Below are positions 63,728-64,000 of a stretch of 64,000 bases of DNA, one piece after another. This stretch comes from Tubulanus polymorphus (taxonomy: Eukaryota; Animalia; Nemertea): positions 4,240,175 to 4,304,174 of the forward strand of contig NC_134032.1 in NCBI RefSeq assembly GCF_964204645.1, read 5' to 3'. Position numbers and translations under genes: made by a program. Numbering within the stretch: the first letter of the stretch is position 1; every line of letters begins with the position of its first letter. Under the pieces are notes generated by a model. That model was not told where the DNA came from, made no database searches, and was given only the letters and a program-made list of their open reading frames with translations.

Positions 63728-64000
63728 CTAATTAGTAAATCTATATGCTACAAATATAACAATAACAGTTCCACCTAAAATCCAAATTATTTCATATTTC
63801 TGTTGTTCATTACTTGGGGTATAATAATTTGATAATTTAGGTTTGTATAGATGTAATTTTTCTTTATTGGTTACCGCGTTATATAAACTCATTGCATCAT
63901 CAACTGATTGAAAATCTCTATGTGAAATCTTCTGATCATATAATTCTTTATTGATGTAATCCATACAGTTTTGCCTCTTTTCTCTATATTCTTCCGCTGC
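63728..64000 (-). CDS. 3' end of a virus-like ORF with C-terminal TM helix
   Basis: Frame is open to the window edge (AAEEYREKRQNCMDY...) and ends IIWILGGTVIVIFVAYRF. Confidence 0.5.
   Translation of the reverse strand, partial: AAEEYREKRQNCMDYINKELYDQKISHRDFQSVDDAMSLYNAVTNKEKLHLYKPKLSNYYTPSNEQQKYEIIWILGGTVIVIFVAYRFTN

Larger units (their letters stand above)
59314..64000 (-). mobile_element. Endogenous Polinton-like / DJR virus structural module (continues past the right edge)
   Basis: Very AT-rich, intronless, five co-oriented genes with 16-20 nt spacers, including an MCP-like gene. Confidence 0.7.

Overview
Repeat-rich eukaryotic genomic DNA, most consistent with a marine invertebrate (inference from the TE families and the peptide-receptor GPCRs). 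Host-like content is sparse: one intact single-exon class A GPCR, a partial 5' duplicate of it and a second frameshifted GPCR. A 5-exon tandem OB-fold (RPA/SSB-like) gene, not visible as a single ORF, sits inside a strongly G/T-skewed 7.5 kb block. The rest is mobile DNA: a long intact Zator-like DDE ORF running off the left edge; a Gypsy element interrupted by a piggyBac that carries a further insertion; a Kolobok/Mutator-like transposase pseudogene; the 3' half of a Gypsy with chromodomain, F-type env and a 473-bp LTR; a LINE fragment; HINE-like elements and several MITEs with clear TSDs. The best candidate for an undescribed system is an AT-rich, intronless, co-oriented gene array at 59.3-64 kb. 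It includes a probable double-jelly-roll major capsid protein (Polinton-like endogenous virus). All four of its gene junctions are 16-20 nt spacers of the form stop + T-run + TAAATG, the poxvirus-type late start motif. A second AT-rich virus-like fragment at 43.5-44.5 kb has a different shared upstream motif. All family assignments come from motif recognition by eye; no searches were run.
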